From Patescibacteria group bacterium (GTDB lineage Bacteria > Patescibacteriota > CPR2 > UBA1875 > CAIMLA01): a stretch of DNA of 64,000 bases. The translations under genes were made by a program, and so were the position numbers. Under the pieces are notes generated by a model, which searched no databases, was not told the origin of the DNA, and saw only the letters and a list, made by a program, of their open reading frames with translations. The stretch is from NCBI GenBank assembly GCA_041738615.1, contig JBGSPL010000001.1, positions 92,071 to 156,070 of the forward strand, in the 5' to 3' direction. Of this stretch, positions 17,732 through 27,148 are shown in pieces; within the stretch, counting starts at the first letter, position 1, and each line of letters opens with the position of its first letter.

Positions 17732-19891
17732 TTACGCCCTATGCGGGTTATGCCCGAGACATTCCTTGTCGCTGCAGCGCTCGGGAATGGTCTTGGTCCC
17801 TTCCATCATCAGCGAGCCACAAATCTTGCAAATATTACCGGTAGGCTTGGCCTTAATGGCGTATTTGCACTTAGGGTAATTGTTACATGAGTAGAATACA
17901 CCAAAGCGACCACGTTTCTCTGTCATCTCGCCCTTTTTACATTTCGGACAAGCGACGCCGGTGCCTCCAGCTTTTTCTTCGTTCTCGTCCTTGCGGATGT
18001 ACTTACACTTAGGGTAGTTGCTGCAGGAGATAAACTTGCCGTACTTGCCTTCACGTTCGATGAGGGCTCCACCACATTCTGGGCAGGATTCCCCTATCTC
18101 CTTGGGGCCCTCCATCTCTCGACCCTCCATAGTCAGGGCGCCTTCGCACTCTGGGAACCGGGCGCAACTCATGAATTTTCCATTTTTCCCCAGCTTGATA
18201 ATCATGTCGCTACCACATGTCGGGCACTTGTACTGAGGGTCGGCAGGCACCGGCTCTGCTGGCCGGGCAGTCTCTTCTTTTACTCGATCACGGAAAAGTC
18301 CGTAAAAATCGGATAGTATCTGGGCATATTTTGCCTGACCATTGGAAACTAAGTCTAGCTCGTCTTCCATTTCAGCGGTAAACGTGTCGCTAATGTACTC
18401 GGCAAAGTACTTCTCGAGGAAACTACTGACTACGTCACCAGTGTCTGTAGGAAAGAGGGTTCGCCCTTCTTTGGTAACGTATCCCCTATCTTCGATGGTC
18501 TTCATGATGCTAGCGTAGGTACTCGGGCGGCCAATACCACGTTTTTCGAGCTCCTTGATCAGTCCCGCCTCGGTGTAGCGTGATGGTGGCTCGGTTTGCT
18601 TTGCAAAAGTAATAAAGTCGATAAGTCTCAGCGGTTCGCCTTCTGTTACTACAGGTAGCATCACTTCCTCGCCCTTGGCGGCCGGGTCTGCGAGGAGCCA
18701 TCCCGGAAATTGTAATTGGCTGCCGTTGGCTGTAAATGCCGGCATTAGCTTGTCGGTGGTGTATGTTGCCGTAATCTTGCTGCGTAACATCCTAGCATCT
18801 GCCATCTGACTAGCAACAGTGCGGGACCAGAGGAGCTGATAGAGCTTCTTCTGCTCTTCATTATGTCCAGCGTGCTCATGTTCGAAGTTGGTGGGGCGAA
18901 TAGCCTCGTGCGCTTCCTGGGCATTCTTGCTGTTGGTTTTGTATACATGCGGTGACAGAAATTCCTTACCGTACTTGGCGGTAACTACATCTTTGATCTG
19001 GCCTACTGCTGTCTCGGAGAGATTGGTGCTGTCTGTACGCATGTAGCTGATGAGACCAGCCTCGTAAAGTTTCTGAGCGACTCCCATAGTACGAGAAGGT
19101 GAAAAACCAAGCCTTGTACTCGCTGTCTGTTGCAAGGTAGAGGTGGTAAAAGGTGCCTTAGGGGCGCGTTTTGCCTCGGCACTACTAACCTTGGATACCT
19201 TCCACTCACCAGCAGTTGCTACCCGCTCTATCTCGTCTAGACGCTCTTGGCTCCTCGGCTCCTCGGTACATATAAGTGAAAGTTTGGCGCCGGAGTTAGT
19301 TTTTGTTTCTGCGGTAAGGGTCCAGAAGTCCTCAGAGATAAAGGCGCGAATCTCGCGCTCGCGTTCCATGATGATGCGCAACGCAGGTGATTGTACACGG
19401 CCTGCAGACAGACCATAGCGGACTTTCTTCCAGATCACACCAGAGAGGTCGTACCCAACCAGGCGGTCTAGTATTCGTCGCGCTTGCTGGGCATCCACGA
19501 GATCCATATTGATCTTGCGTGGGTTGGAAGCGGCCTTCTCTACTGCGCCTTTGGTAATCTCGTGGAATTCGATGCGGTCGTAATCTTTATCTTTTAGTTT
19601 TAGAACCTCTGCGAGGTGCCAGGAAATCGCCTCCCCTTCGCGGTCCGGGTCGGTAGCGAGCAGAACCTTGTCTGCTCCAGCAGCCGCGGCTCGAAGCTCA
19701 CGGACTGTTTTGCTCCCCCTGGGAGTCATGATGTATTTTGGTTTAAAACCGTGCTCTACATCTACGGCGTCCTTGTTGCTTTTCGGCAAATCACGAACAT
19801 GGCCAAAAGAGGCCATCACTTTATGTCCTGGTCCGAGATATTTTTCTATTGTCTTTCCCTTTGCGGGTGACTCAACGATTACTAGCTTCAT
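17732..19891 (-). CDS. topA: DNA topoisomerase I
   Basis: IVESPAK, ATDPDREGE, SAGRVQS, YMRTDS and AQEAHEAIRP motifs; C-terminal zinc ribbons. Confidence 0.98.
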   Translation of the reverse strand: MKLVIVESPAKGKTIEKYLGPGHKVMASFGHVRDLPKSNKDAVDVEHGFKPKYIMTPRGSKTVRELRAAAAGADKVLLATDPDREGEAISWHLAEVLKLKDKDYDRIEFHEITKGAVEKAASNPRKINMDLVDAQQARRILDRLVGYDLSGVIWKKVRYGLSAGRVQSPALRIIMEREREIRAFISEDFWTLTAETKTNSGAKLSLICTEEPRSQERLDEIERVATAGEWKVSKVSSAEAKRAPKAPFTTSTLQQTASTRLGFSPSRTMGVAQKLYEAGLISYMRTDSTNLSETAVGQIKDVVTAKYGKEFLSPHVYKTNSKNAQEAHEAIRPTNFEHEHAGHNEEQKKLYQLLWSRTVASQMADARMLRSKITATYTTDKLMPAFTANGSQLQFPGWLLADPAAKGEEVMLPVVTEGEPLRLIDFITFAKQTEPPSRYTEAGLIKELEKRGIGRPSTYASIMKTIEDRGYVTKEGRTLFPTDTGDVVSSFLEKYFAEYISDTFTAEMEDELDLVSNGQAKYAQILSDFYGLFRDRVKEETARPAEPVPADPQYKCPTCGSDMIIKLGKNGKFMSCARFPECEGALTMEGREMEGPKEIGESCPECGGALIEREGKYGKFISCSNYPKCKYIRKDENEEKAGGTGVACPKCKKGEMTEKRGRFGVFYSCNNYPKCKYAIKAKPTGNICKICGSLMMEGTKTIPERCSDKECLGHNPHRA

Positions 19892-19985
19892 AACTAAGGA
19901 CTAATGGTACTGGTTAAAGCGGGTGGTGTCAAATCTTTGAAAACTTTGTATAAATGTTTTATTCAATTGCTGCTAGCGATTAATC

Positions 19986-21080
19986 TCAAAAGTTTAAGCG
20001 AAAGACGTTGCCACCGAGCTGTTTCACCTTTGCCGATATTTCCATAATGGTGACAGTGGAACCTACCACGCTCTGCGAAAGACCTGTCTCTTTGATGATG
20101 TCATCTATATGTTTCGGCTCAGCACGCAGGCATTCTATAATTATTGTTTCTTCTGGAGTGTTTCCGGCGATTTTGCGGATGGAGGCTACGGCCTCGGGGC
20201 AAGTAATCCCAAATTCGTCCAGGACATCTTGGGCGCTGGTGCAGACATGGGCTCCGTTGCGGATCAAGTTGTTTGTTCCCCTACTGTTTAGGTTGAAGAT
20301 ACTTCCTGGTACCGCAAAGACCTCCCGGTTTTGGTTCAGTGCCGCAAGAGCCGTAATCAAGCTTCCGGAACTCTCCGCGGCCTCTGTAACCACTAAACCT
20401 TGAGAAATGCCGCTGATAATCCGGTTTCTAGCCGGGAAATTGTATTTTGCAGGGATGGTGTCAAAGGGAAACTCGGTAATGATGGCTCCACCTTGTGCAA
20501 TAATTTCTTTGGCCACACCCAAGTTACTACTGGGATAGATTCTACCTAGTCCGCACCCGAGCACAGCTATTGTAATCCCGCCTTCGTTAATGGTAGCTTG
20601 ATGTGCGATAGCATCTATGCCCAGGGCGAGCCCGCTGACTATCGTAATCCCACTAGCGGCAAGGTCGGAGGCTAGCTTCTCGGTAGCGCGAACGCCATAA
20701 TCGGTGAGCCTCCTACTGCCGACAATCCCAACGCAGAGTGCATTTAGATCTGCAGACCCCTTCTTGTATAAGATAAACGGAGGGTCGTATATTTGGAGTA
20801 ATATTTGGGGAAAATCGTTTTCAAAGATAAATATTGGTTCTATTTCGTTGCCACGCAGCTCCTGTAGCACTTTTTCTGGAGTGTATTTCTCGCGGGCAAC
20901 GATCAGCTCGCGCATACAACGTTCGCTGAGACCAAGTGACCCCAGCTTGGCTTTCGGGTAAGAAAAGAGCTCCTCGATAGGAATGTTGAGAGCGTAGAGT
21001 TGGTGAAAAAGAGCAGCGGTAAACCGGACGTTTCTACCTAAAGTAAGCCAATATTTATAGTCTTCCAGTGACTTTTCCAC
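19986..21080 (-). CDS. dprA: DNA-processing protein DprA
   Basis: IVGSR, VSGLALGID, FPARNRIISG and SGSLITA motifs; GTG at 21080 with GGAGGG SD. Confidence 0.95.
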   Translation of the reverse strand: MEKSLEDYKYWLTLGRNVRFTAALFHQLYALNIPIEELFSYPKAKLGSLGLSERCMRELIVAREKYTPEKVLQELRGNEIEPIFIFENDFPQILLQIYDPPFILYKKGSADLNALCVGIVGSRRLTDYGVRATEKLASDLAASGITIVSGLALGIDAIAHQATINEGGITIAVLGCGLGRIYPSSNLGVAKEIIAQGGAIITEFPFDTIPAKYNFPARNRIISGISQGLVVTEAAESSGSLITALAALNQNREVFAVPGSIFNLNSRGTNNLIRNGAHVCTSAQDVLDEFGITCPEAVASIRKIAGNTPEETIIIECLRAEPKHIDDIIKETGLSQSVVGSTVTIMEISAKVKQLGGNVFRLNF

Positions 21081-21098
21081 AATCCCTCCAAAAAATGC

Positions 21099-21127
21099 TT
21101 GACAAAACCTACGTATGGTGCTAGAAT
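21099..21127 (+). promoter_or_regulatory. Strong sigma70 promoter driving a non-coding transcript
   Basis: TTGACA-N17-TAGAAT with extended -10 TG. Confidence 0.85.
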
Positions 21128-21132
21128 GATAT

Positions 21133-21335
21133 GTCAGCCTAAATCGGGCAGACATTTGACAATAAGTTCCCCTACACAGCACATGTTGCCGTGAGTGTCC
21201 TATCAATGAGTAAGGCCTTAAACACCCTCCTTTAAGCTTACTTGTTGGTAGGGTTCTCCCTGCAACCGCCAGCCAATATTTTGGGCTAGGTCAAGTCTTC
21301 GGGCAGTGTTGCAACCTCGGGAGAACTTTGAAACA
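21133..21335 (+). ncRNA. Structured small RNA (6S-like or anti-SD sRNA)
   Basis: Bounded by promoter and terminator with no credible ORF; closing stem 21164-21171/21319-21328; 16-bp helix 21199-21214/21237-21252 with G-U pairs. Confidence 0.75.
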
Positions 21336-21373
21336 AAAGTAAAGGAGTCGTACTTGTACGGCTCCTTTACTTT
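21336..21373. terminator. Bidirectional intrinsic terminator
   Basis: AAAGTAAAGGAGTCGTAC-TT-GTACGGCTCCTTTACTTT between the sRNA and convergent pth. Confidence 0.85.
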
Positions 21374-21409
21374 ATTATAGGTATTTAATTACTACAAGTA
21401 GACAAAATG

Positions 21410-21964
21410 CTAAAGGCTGGTGTGTTCGATTCCCTCTTTGAGGGCTTTCTCCAGCTCTGCTACTGTCTTGTTGATTCCGCTCTCCACAACTTTCAGTTCA
21501 TCTTTGTTGAAACACTTGAGGACCACATCTTCTGTTGATAGGTAGTCACAATGATCGTCCTTGATGCCCATACGGAAGCGCGGGAATTCTTGAGTACCGA
21601 TATTGTCGATAATCGATTGCACCCCTTTGTGACCGGCAGAGCTGCCTGTACGACGCACGCGCACAGTGCCAATTTCTAAATCGATATCGTCGTATAGTAT
21701 CCACACGCGATCTGTCGTAATGTTGAAGTACCCCATCATAGCCTGCACGGAAACGCCTGATTTGTTCATGAATGTTTGGGGCTTAGCTAGAATAATCTTC
21801 TCACCATTGATAAACGTCTCTGCCGTTTCTGCGTTGAATTTCTTGTTCAGGGTAAACTTGGCATCGTATTTTGCAGCGAGTGCGTCAATAGCGGCAAAAC
21901 CGAGGTTATGCCGGGTGCAGTCATATTCTTTACCTGGGTTACCGAGTCCTACTATAAGTTTCAT
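21410..21964 (-). CDS. pth: Peptidyl-tRNA hydrolase
   Basis: LIVGLGNPG, TRHNLG, KPQTFMN.SG, YDDID and GHKG motifs. Confidence 0.97.
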   Translation of the reverse strand: MKLIVGLGNPGKEYDCTRHNLGFAAIDALAAKYDAKFTLNKKFNAETAETFINGEKIILAKPQTFMNKSGVSVQAMMGYFNITTDRVWILYDDIDLEIGTVRVRRTGSSAGHKGVQSIIDNIGTQEFPRFRMGIKDDHCDYLSTEDVVLKCFNKDELKVVESGINKTVAELEKALKEGIEHTSL

Positions 21965-21973
21965 GGGTGTTTC

Positions 21974-23368
21974 CTATTTGTGTTTCTTCTTGTCATAATT
22001 ATAGGCGATATTTTTGCGTTTCACAACGATGTTCACGGCGGCTCCTTCGAAGTTCCAACGCTCTCGAATACGGTTTTCGAGATATCTCTTGTATGAAAAA
22101 TGGATCAGCTCAGGATGGTTCGAGAAAAAGACGAAAGTAGGCGGATTCACATCGGCCTGAGTAAAATAGTTTATCTTTGGGAGCTTGCCCTTCACGGCCT
22201 TCGGACTCTTTTTTAGGATATCATCACCCAGCAGCAAATTTAGCTCGGCTGTTGGGACACGGCGATTCCGATTCTCTGCGATTTCAAAGATGATGTCTGG
22301 TAATTTCTGTAGGTTCTTGCCGGTTTTTGCGGAAACGAAGATTACTGGGGCATAGGCTAGAAAAGAAATCTTAGCGTGCAGATAGGCTAGGTATTTAGCC
22401 ATATCCTTGTCGTCTTCCTCCACAGCGTCCCACTTGTTGACCACGATCACGATACCTTTGTGGGTATCGCGGGCAAAACCTGCAATATGTAGGTCTTGAG
22501 CCGTGAGGCCCTCAGTCGGGTCGATAAGAATCAGAACAATCTCGGCGTTTTCTACCGCGCGGAATGAACGTAATACCGAGTACTTCTCGATTTGACCCTC
22601 GGTGCGACCTCCTGTCATCTTGCCTACCTTACCGCGGCGGCGGATACCAGCCGTATCGATAAAGTTTATCGTCCCCTTCTCGTTTGTAAGGGTCGAGATA
22701 GTAAAGTCCCTAGTGGTGCCAGCAACATCAGAGACTACGGCTAACTTTTGGCCCAGGATGGCATTAAATAGGCTAGATTTGCCCACATTTGGACGTCCTG
22801 CAATGGCCACATTGATTCCCTCGCGGGACTCGAGGTTTACCTCCTTGGTCGGTTCTACAGTCTTCGCTGATTTAGCGACAGCGTCTAGTAAATCGCCAGT
22901 ACCGCGGCCGGTGAGGGCGGCAATAGGGATAATCTCCTCTGCGCCCAACTGGTAAAGCTCTGAAATATTACAAAAATACCTTTCACTGTCGTATTTATTG
23001 GCGGCTACAACAAAAGGTTTCTTTGACCTATGTATAATTTTCATGGCGCGCATATCCTGTTCTGTTGGGCCTGTGGTGACATCAACAACGAATAGGAGGA
23101 TGTCTGCTTCGTCGATGGCTAGCAGTACTTGTTCTTGGACGTCTTCATCGAGGTGTTTGTAGCTAGGAACCAATTCGTTGCCTACCTCGATACCGGCAGT
23201 ATCAACAATCACAAAATCAACGCCAGCCCAGGAAGCTTCTGAGTAGAGACGATCACGAGTAGTGCCAGCATAATCCGCAGTAACTGCTTTGCGCTGTCCG
23301 ATAACCCGATTGAAAAGTGTACTTTTGCCGACGTTCGGCCGGCCGATAATAGCGACGATTGGTAACAT
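21974..23368 (-). CDS. der: Ribosome biogenesis GTPase Der (EngA)
   Basis: Two GRPNVGKS/TTRD/DTAG GTPase domains plus KH-like tail. Confidence 0.97.
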   Translation of the reverse strand: MLPIVAIIGRPNVGKSTLFNRVIGQRKAVTADYAGTTRDRLYSEASWAGVDFVIVDTAGIEVGNELVPSYKHLDEDVQEQVLLAIDEADILLFVVDVTTGPTEQDMRAMKIIHRSKKPFVVAANKYDSERYFCNISELYQLGAEEIIPIAALTGRGTGDLLDAVAKSAKTVEPTKEVNLESREGINVAIAGRPNVGKSSLFNAILGQKLAVVSDVAGTTRDFTISTLTNEKGTINFIDTAGIRRRGKVGKMTGGRTEGQIEKYSVLRSFRAVENAEIVLILIDPTEGLTAQDLHIAGFARDTHKGIVIVVNKWDAVEEDDKDMAKYLAYLHAKISFLAYAPVIFVSAKTGKNLQKLPDIIFEIAENRNRRVPTAELNLLLGDDILKKSPKAVKGKLPKINYFTQADVNPPTFVFFSNHPELIHFSYKRYLENRIRERWNFEGAAVNIVVKRKNIAYNYDKKKHK

Positions 23369-23387
23369 TGTTGTTAATACTCTCTGA

Positions 23388-23622
23388 CGTCATCCTGAAC
23401 TTGATTCAGGATCTCCGGCGTGTCATTTCGACCGCTACGGAGAAATCTCTTAATTATTGTTCTTTTCCATTTTCTCTTGAAAGAAAACGGAGCTAAGTTC
23501 AAGAATAATCGAACTCACAACGACCCGGTACGAAATTTTGCTAAAGCAATAATTTCTAGCATTCGTCGATAGTCGGGTGCGTGGCGCCGAGCGATTTTTC
23601 GAGGAATTAGGAGCGAAGCGAC
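23388..23622 (+). repeat. REP-like palindromes plus pseudoknot-headed hairpin element
   Basis: CGTCATCCTGAACTTGATTCAGGATCT and GTCATTTCGACC..GGAGAAATCT; stem 23466-23491 with loop CTTGAA complementary to TTCAAG at 23498-23503. Confidence 0.65.
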
Positions 23623-23629
23623 GTATATT

Positions 23630-24526
23630 TTACCATAAAAAGTGGTCGTTTGTCCAGGTATTTAGTGTAGATGTTTCCCCGAATCGGTCAGTACTCCCGA
23701 GTACTACCGTGAGAGTTTCGTGGTCGTTGGTCTTCTTTAGCGAGACTAGGCATTCTAGGGCGCCATAGGTATACCCCGTCTTGACCCCCTCATATCCATT
23801 GCCCCCAAGCAGCTGGTTCGTGGTCGTAAGAGCAATGGTTCTTCCTCCTTCGGTAGCAATAGCAGCGTTACTTTTTGTAACAGTAGCCTTAAAATACTCA
23901 TTTCCCAGTAATATTCTCGTGAGATTGGCAATATCACGAGCACTAGAATAATTATCTGCTGAGTCCCATCCTACTGGGTTCGCAAAATGAGTGTTGGTAA
24001 GACCAAGCTTGGTTGTGGCGAGGTTCATTTTAGCTACGAAGGCTTCTTGCGATCCGGCATCGAGCACCGAGAGCGCTTGCGCCGCGTCTGAGCCCGAATT
24101 TATGAGCATTGCCGTCAGTATATCTTCTTTGGATAGCCTTTCCCCGGCTGAGATTCCCGCAACGGCGTCCCCTTCTCGAAGAGTAAAACTTGGCACAGTC
24201 ACCACTTCTTGCAGGTTTGGGTTATCTTTTAGGTAAACATAGGCTGTCATTAGTTTCGTCAGACTGGCGACCTGAAGCTTGTCGTCTGGGTTTTTGGTGG
24301 AAAGAACGGTGTTTGATGCAAGATCCACACTATAGACGGCTCTTGCGCTGCTCACATAGTCATCGACAGAAGCCTTCCTAGGAGGTACCTTGATGCTAGG
24401 AAGGAGCTGCTCTACCCTAAGTTTCGTAGGGACGGGGCGAATAACATCGTAGGCTGCAGCCCTCAAATTACTCATGTACCCCCAGTTTGGGAGCAAAAGA
24501 AGAGCTAGGACGGCTATCTCACGCAT
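23630..24526 (-). CDS. D-alanyl-D-alanine carboxypeptidase (S11 family)
   Basis: ASLTK (SxxK), SGSDA (variant SxN), FANPVG and KTG motifs. Confidence 0.9.
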   Translation of the reverse strand: MREIAVLALLLLPNWGYMSNLRAAAYDVIRPVPTKLRVEQLLPSIKVPPRKASVDDYVSSARAVYSVDLASNTVLSTKNPDDKLQVASLTKLMTAYVYLKDNPNLQEVVTVPSFTLREGDAVAGISAGERLSKEDILTAMLINSGSDAAQALSVLDAGSQEAFVAKMNLATTKLGLTNTHFANPVGWDSADNYSSARDIANLTRILLGNEYFKATVTKSNAAIATEGGRTIALTTTNQLLGGNGYEGVKTGYTYGALECLVSLKKTNDHETLTVVLGSTDRFGETSTLNTWTNDHFLW

Positions 24527-25205
24527 TCTTGAGCCCTTCTAGCTCCTTTGCGGTGAGGGGGCGGTATTTTCCCTCAGCGAGCCCACTGAGCCCCAGGTTG
24601 CCTATCCTGACACGCGAGAGGTGCATCACCTGCTTACCAAAGTGCTCGATGGAGCGCCTAATAAGTCTGTTCCTCCCTTCGTGAATGATCATCTGGTATT
24701 TTCCTGGCGAAATTTCACTAAACTTATCTGGTTTAAAGGGCCCGTCTTCCAGGGTGATTCCCTTCGTCATCTTGCCTACCTCGGTAGTCGAGAGCGGCCG
24801 ATCTACTGTAATCTGGTATTCTTTTTCCTTGTTGTAGCGCGGATGGGTCATCTTGTTCGTAAAGTCACCGTCGTTACTCATAATAATAAGTCCCGAGGTC
24901 TCACGATCGAGTCTACCGACGGGCCATACAGGAATTTCTTTTGGGACTAGCTCCGCGATTAGTTTCTCTGCATGGAGGTCAAAAACACTACAGGTATACC
25001 CGGTAGGCTTGTTCACTAGATAATAGACTAGCTTGTTTGGCACTACGGGTTGGTCGTCGATGGCAATGGTCTCGCTGCCGATCACGTTTGTCGCCACATC
25101 GGTAACAATCTTTCCATCTATGGTCACATAGCCGCTTTTTATAATGTCCTCCGAGGCGCGCCGAGAGGCGACCCCGCAGGAGGCTAGATATTTAGCTAGT
25201 CTCAT
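24519..25205 (-). CDS. rRNA pseudouridine synthase (RluB/RsuA family)
   Basis: S4 domain (SRRASE), NKPTG, VGRLDRETSGL and EGRNR motifs. Confidence 0.93.
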   Translation of the reverse strand: MRLAKYLASCGVASRRASEDIIKSGYVTIDGKIVTDVATNVIGSETIAIDDQPVVPNKLVYYLVNKPTGYTCSVFDLHAEKLIAELVPKEIPVWPVGRLDRETSGLIIMSNDGDFTNKMTHPRYNKEKEYQITVDRPLSTTEVGKMTKGITLEDGPFKPDKFSEISPGKYQMIIHEGRNRLIRRSIEHFGKQVMHLSRVRIGNLGLSGLAEGKYRPLTAKELEGLKNA

Positions 25206-25223
25206 GAATTTGTTCACCTTTTT

Positions 25224-25293
25224 CGTCATTCCAGCGCAGGCTGGAATCTTGCGAATATTTTAATTGGGTTCCTGGCTTGCGACCAGGGATGAC
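25224..25293. repeat. Inverted pair of REP-like palindromes
   Basis: CGTCATTCCAGCGCAGGCTGGAATC (matches 38874) plus an inverted near-copy of the 10054 element. Confidence 0.75.
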
Positions 25294-25297
25294 AAGG

Positions 25298-25840
25298 TTA
25301 TTGGCTTTCGGTATTTTCTTCAAACAGGCTGAGCTCAGAGAGTTTAGGGAGGTTTTCTTCCTTGTCCAGTCCGAAGAACTGCACGAACTCCATAGTAGTA
25401 CCATACATGATCGGTTTACCCACGGTTTCTTTACGTCCAACTTCGGCAATGAGCCCACGAATCAGTAGATTGCGCACGATAGAATCACTGTTCACCCCGC
25501 GGATTTCCTCGATCTCACTGCGAGTAAGTGGTTGTTTGTAGGCAATGATCGCTAGGGTTTCTAGTGCTGCAGTTGAGAGGTCGTGACGAAGTTCTTCATT
25601 GAGCAGCAGGCTTACTTCTTTCGCATTCTCTGGGGCTGTCACAAACGAGAAATACTCCCCCTTGCGGATAAGTCGGATACCGCGTTCGCGGAAGTCCTCT
25701 TCAATCTCTTTGAGATGACGCTGAATCTCCCCCACCATCACACCGGTAGCATCGGCAATTTCTTTACTACTAATCGGTTTCTCGGCGACGAAAAGCAGGC
25801 TTTCAATGATAGATTTAGGGTTTTTTGTTTCGGTTGTCAT
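25298..25840 (-). CDS. scpB: SMC-Scp complex subunit ScpB
   Basis: IESLLFV, LSTAALETLAIIAYKQP.TR.EIEEIRGV and YGTT motifs. Confidence 0.96.
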   Translation of the reverse strand: MTTETKNPKSIIESLLFVAEKPISSKEIADATGVMVGEIQRHLKEIEEDFRERGIRLIRKGEYFSFVTAPENAKEVSLLLNEELRHDLSTAALETLAIIAYKQPLTRSEIEEIRGVNSDSIVRNLLIRGLIAEVGRKETVGKPIMYGTTMEFVQFFGLDKEENLPKLSELSLFEENTESQ

Positions 25841-25886
25841 GTTTTTATTATATCAGCTAAAGTGTGCGTCGTCATCACGCTCCGCC

Positions 25887-26444
25887 CTACGAGAGCTTAA
25901 ATGTCGTGAGATTCTCAGGGCTCATTCTCTCCTCAGCACTTTCATCGGCAACGATGGCAAGAGTAACCTCGCTGACGTCGACCGTAATAGTCAGGTCGGA
26001 TGGCAGCTCTGCGGTAGCTGCTTCAAATATATTTCTAGAAAGGTCTCTGGCGATGGTAATGTGTGGGACAAACTCCTTTTCGTATGATACGTACTTGTGA
26101 TCTCGAAATTCGTAGCCCGTACCTATAACCGCAACAAGATCCTGCTGAAGGTTTTTTAGCTGTTGCGATTCCTGGGCGGCAATCATGACGCAACCATCAT
26201 TTGTAGCGTCTTGTCTATCTAGGTGTGGGACGTCGCACGTTATTGTGAAAGCCTGGAATTTGTTCCTTTCGAAATATTTGGTGATAGCCTGTTTTAGGTT
26301 TTCGATGTCACATTCTCGTATATATCGTGGCTGTGTCAGTGTAAAGTGCTCGGCGTACGAAATGTCATATTTCGCACGAAAACTATCCAGCCACTCTGGT
26401 TTGTTGACGATTGTCGCATTCGTATAAATGGCGAAAAACTTCAT
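25887..26444 (-). CDS. 2H phosphoesterase (2'-5' RNA ligase superfamily)
   Basis: Two HxT motifs: EHFTL and PHITIAR. Confidence 0.82.
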   Translation of the reverse strand: MKFFAIYTNATIVNKPEWLDSFRAKYDISYAEHFTLTQPRYIRECDIENLKQAITKYFERNKFQAFTITCDVPHLDRQDATNDGCVMIAAQESQQLKNLQQDLVAVIGTGYEFRDHKYVSYEKEFVPHITIARDLSRNIFEAATAELPSDLTITVDVSEVTLAIVADESAEERMSPENLTTFKLS

Positions 26445-26449
26445 AGAAC

Positions 26450-27148
26450 TTACCTTAGACCAGAAACCGTAAAGTCGGCAAAGTTCGCGTCCTGCTCTAC
26501 TTTGATTTCCCTTTGTTTTATCATCTCGAGGATTGCCAAGAATGTCACAATTACATCGGATTTGGTGCGGCTGCTTGCGAGGATTGAACGGAAGCTGGTT
26601 TTCTTGGAGTTTTTGATGTGGGTCAGGATTTCAGTACGCCTTTCCTCTAGGGTAACCTTCTTTTCCGTCTTGATTTCTGTCTGCTCTGGAATTTCCTCCG
26701 CTGCCTTGTTCATGACCTCGGAAAAAATAGCAAAGAGGCCCGCGCTATCCAAATCCTTTGGTGGGGAGAAAGTGGTCACTACTTCTGGTTTTCCGCGTTT
26801 CGTGAAGGAGCGATTCAATGTGGAGAGCATCCCATCGAAGTGCAGAGCGGCTTTCTTGTAGGCCTGATATTCTCGTAGTCGTTCCTCGAGATCAGCAATC
26901 TCCTCTTCTTCTTCCGCAGTTTCTACGCCAGGAATCAGCTCCTTGGATTTGATGTATAGGAGCTTGGCTGCAATCAGGAGAAAGTCGGCGATTTCGGAGC
27001 TTTCGCCTGTCATTTCCCCAATTTTCTCTAGGTAGGCCCCGGTTATCTTTGCTAGGGAGATTTGAGTAATATCAAGTTTCTCCTTCTCGATAAGAGAAAG
27101 AAGAAGGTCTAGCGGCCCCTCGAACTGTTCATCCCTCACGGAGTACAT
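26450..27148 (-). CDS. scpA: Segregation/condensation protein ScpA
   Basis: FEGPLDLLL.LI, IKSKELIP and VTFLAILEM motifs. Confidence 0.96.
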   Translation of the reverse strand: MYSVRDEQFEGPLDLLLSLIEKEKLDITQISLAKITGAYLEKIGEMTGESSEIADFLLIAAKLLYIKSKELIPGVETAEEEEEIADLEERLREYQAYKKAALHFDGMLSTLNRSFTKRGKPEVVTTFSPPKDLDSAGLFAIFSEVMNKAAEEIPEQTEIKTEKKVTLEERRTEILTHIKNSKKTSFRSILASSRTKSDVIVTFLAILEMIKQREIKVEQDANFADFTVSGLR

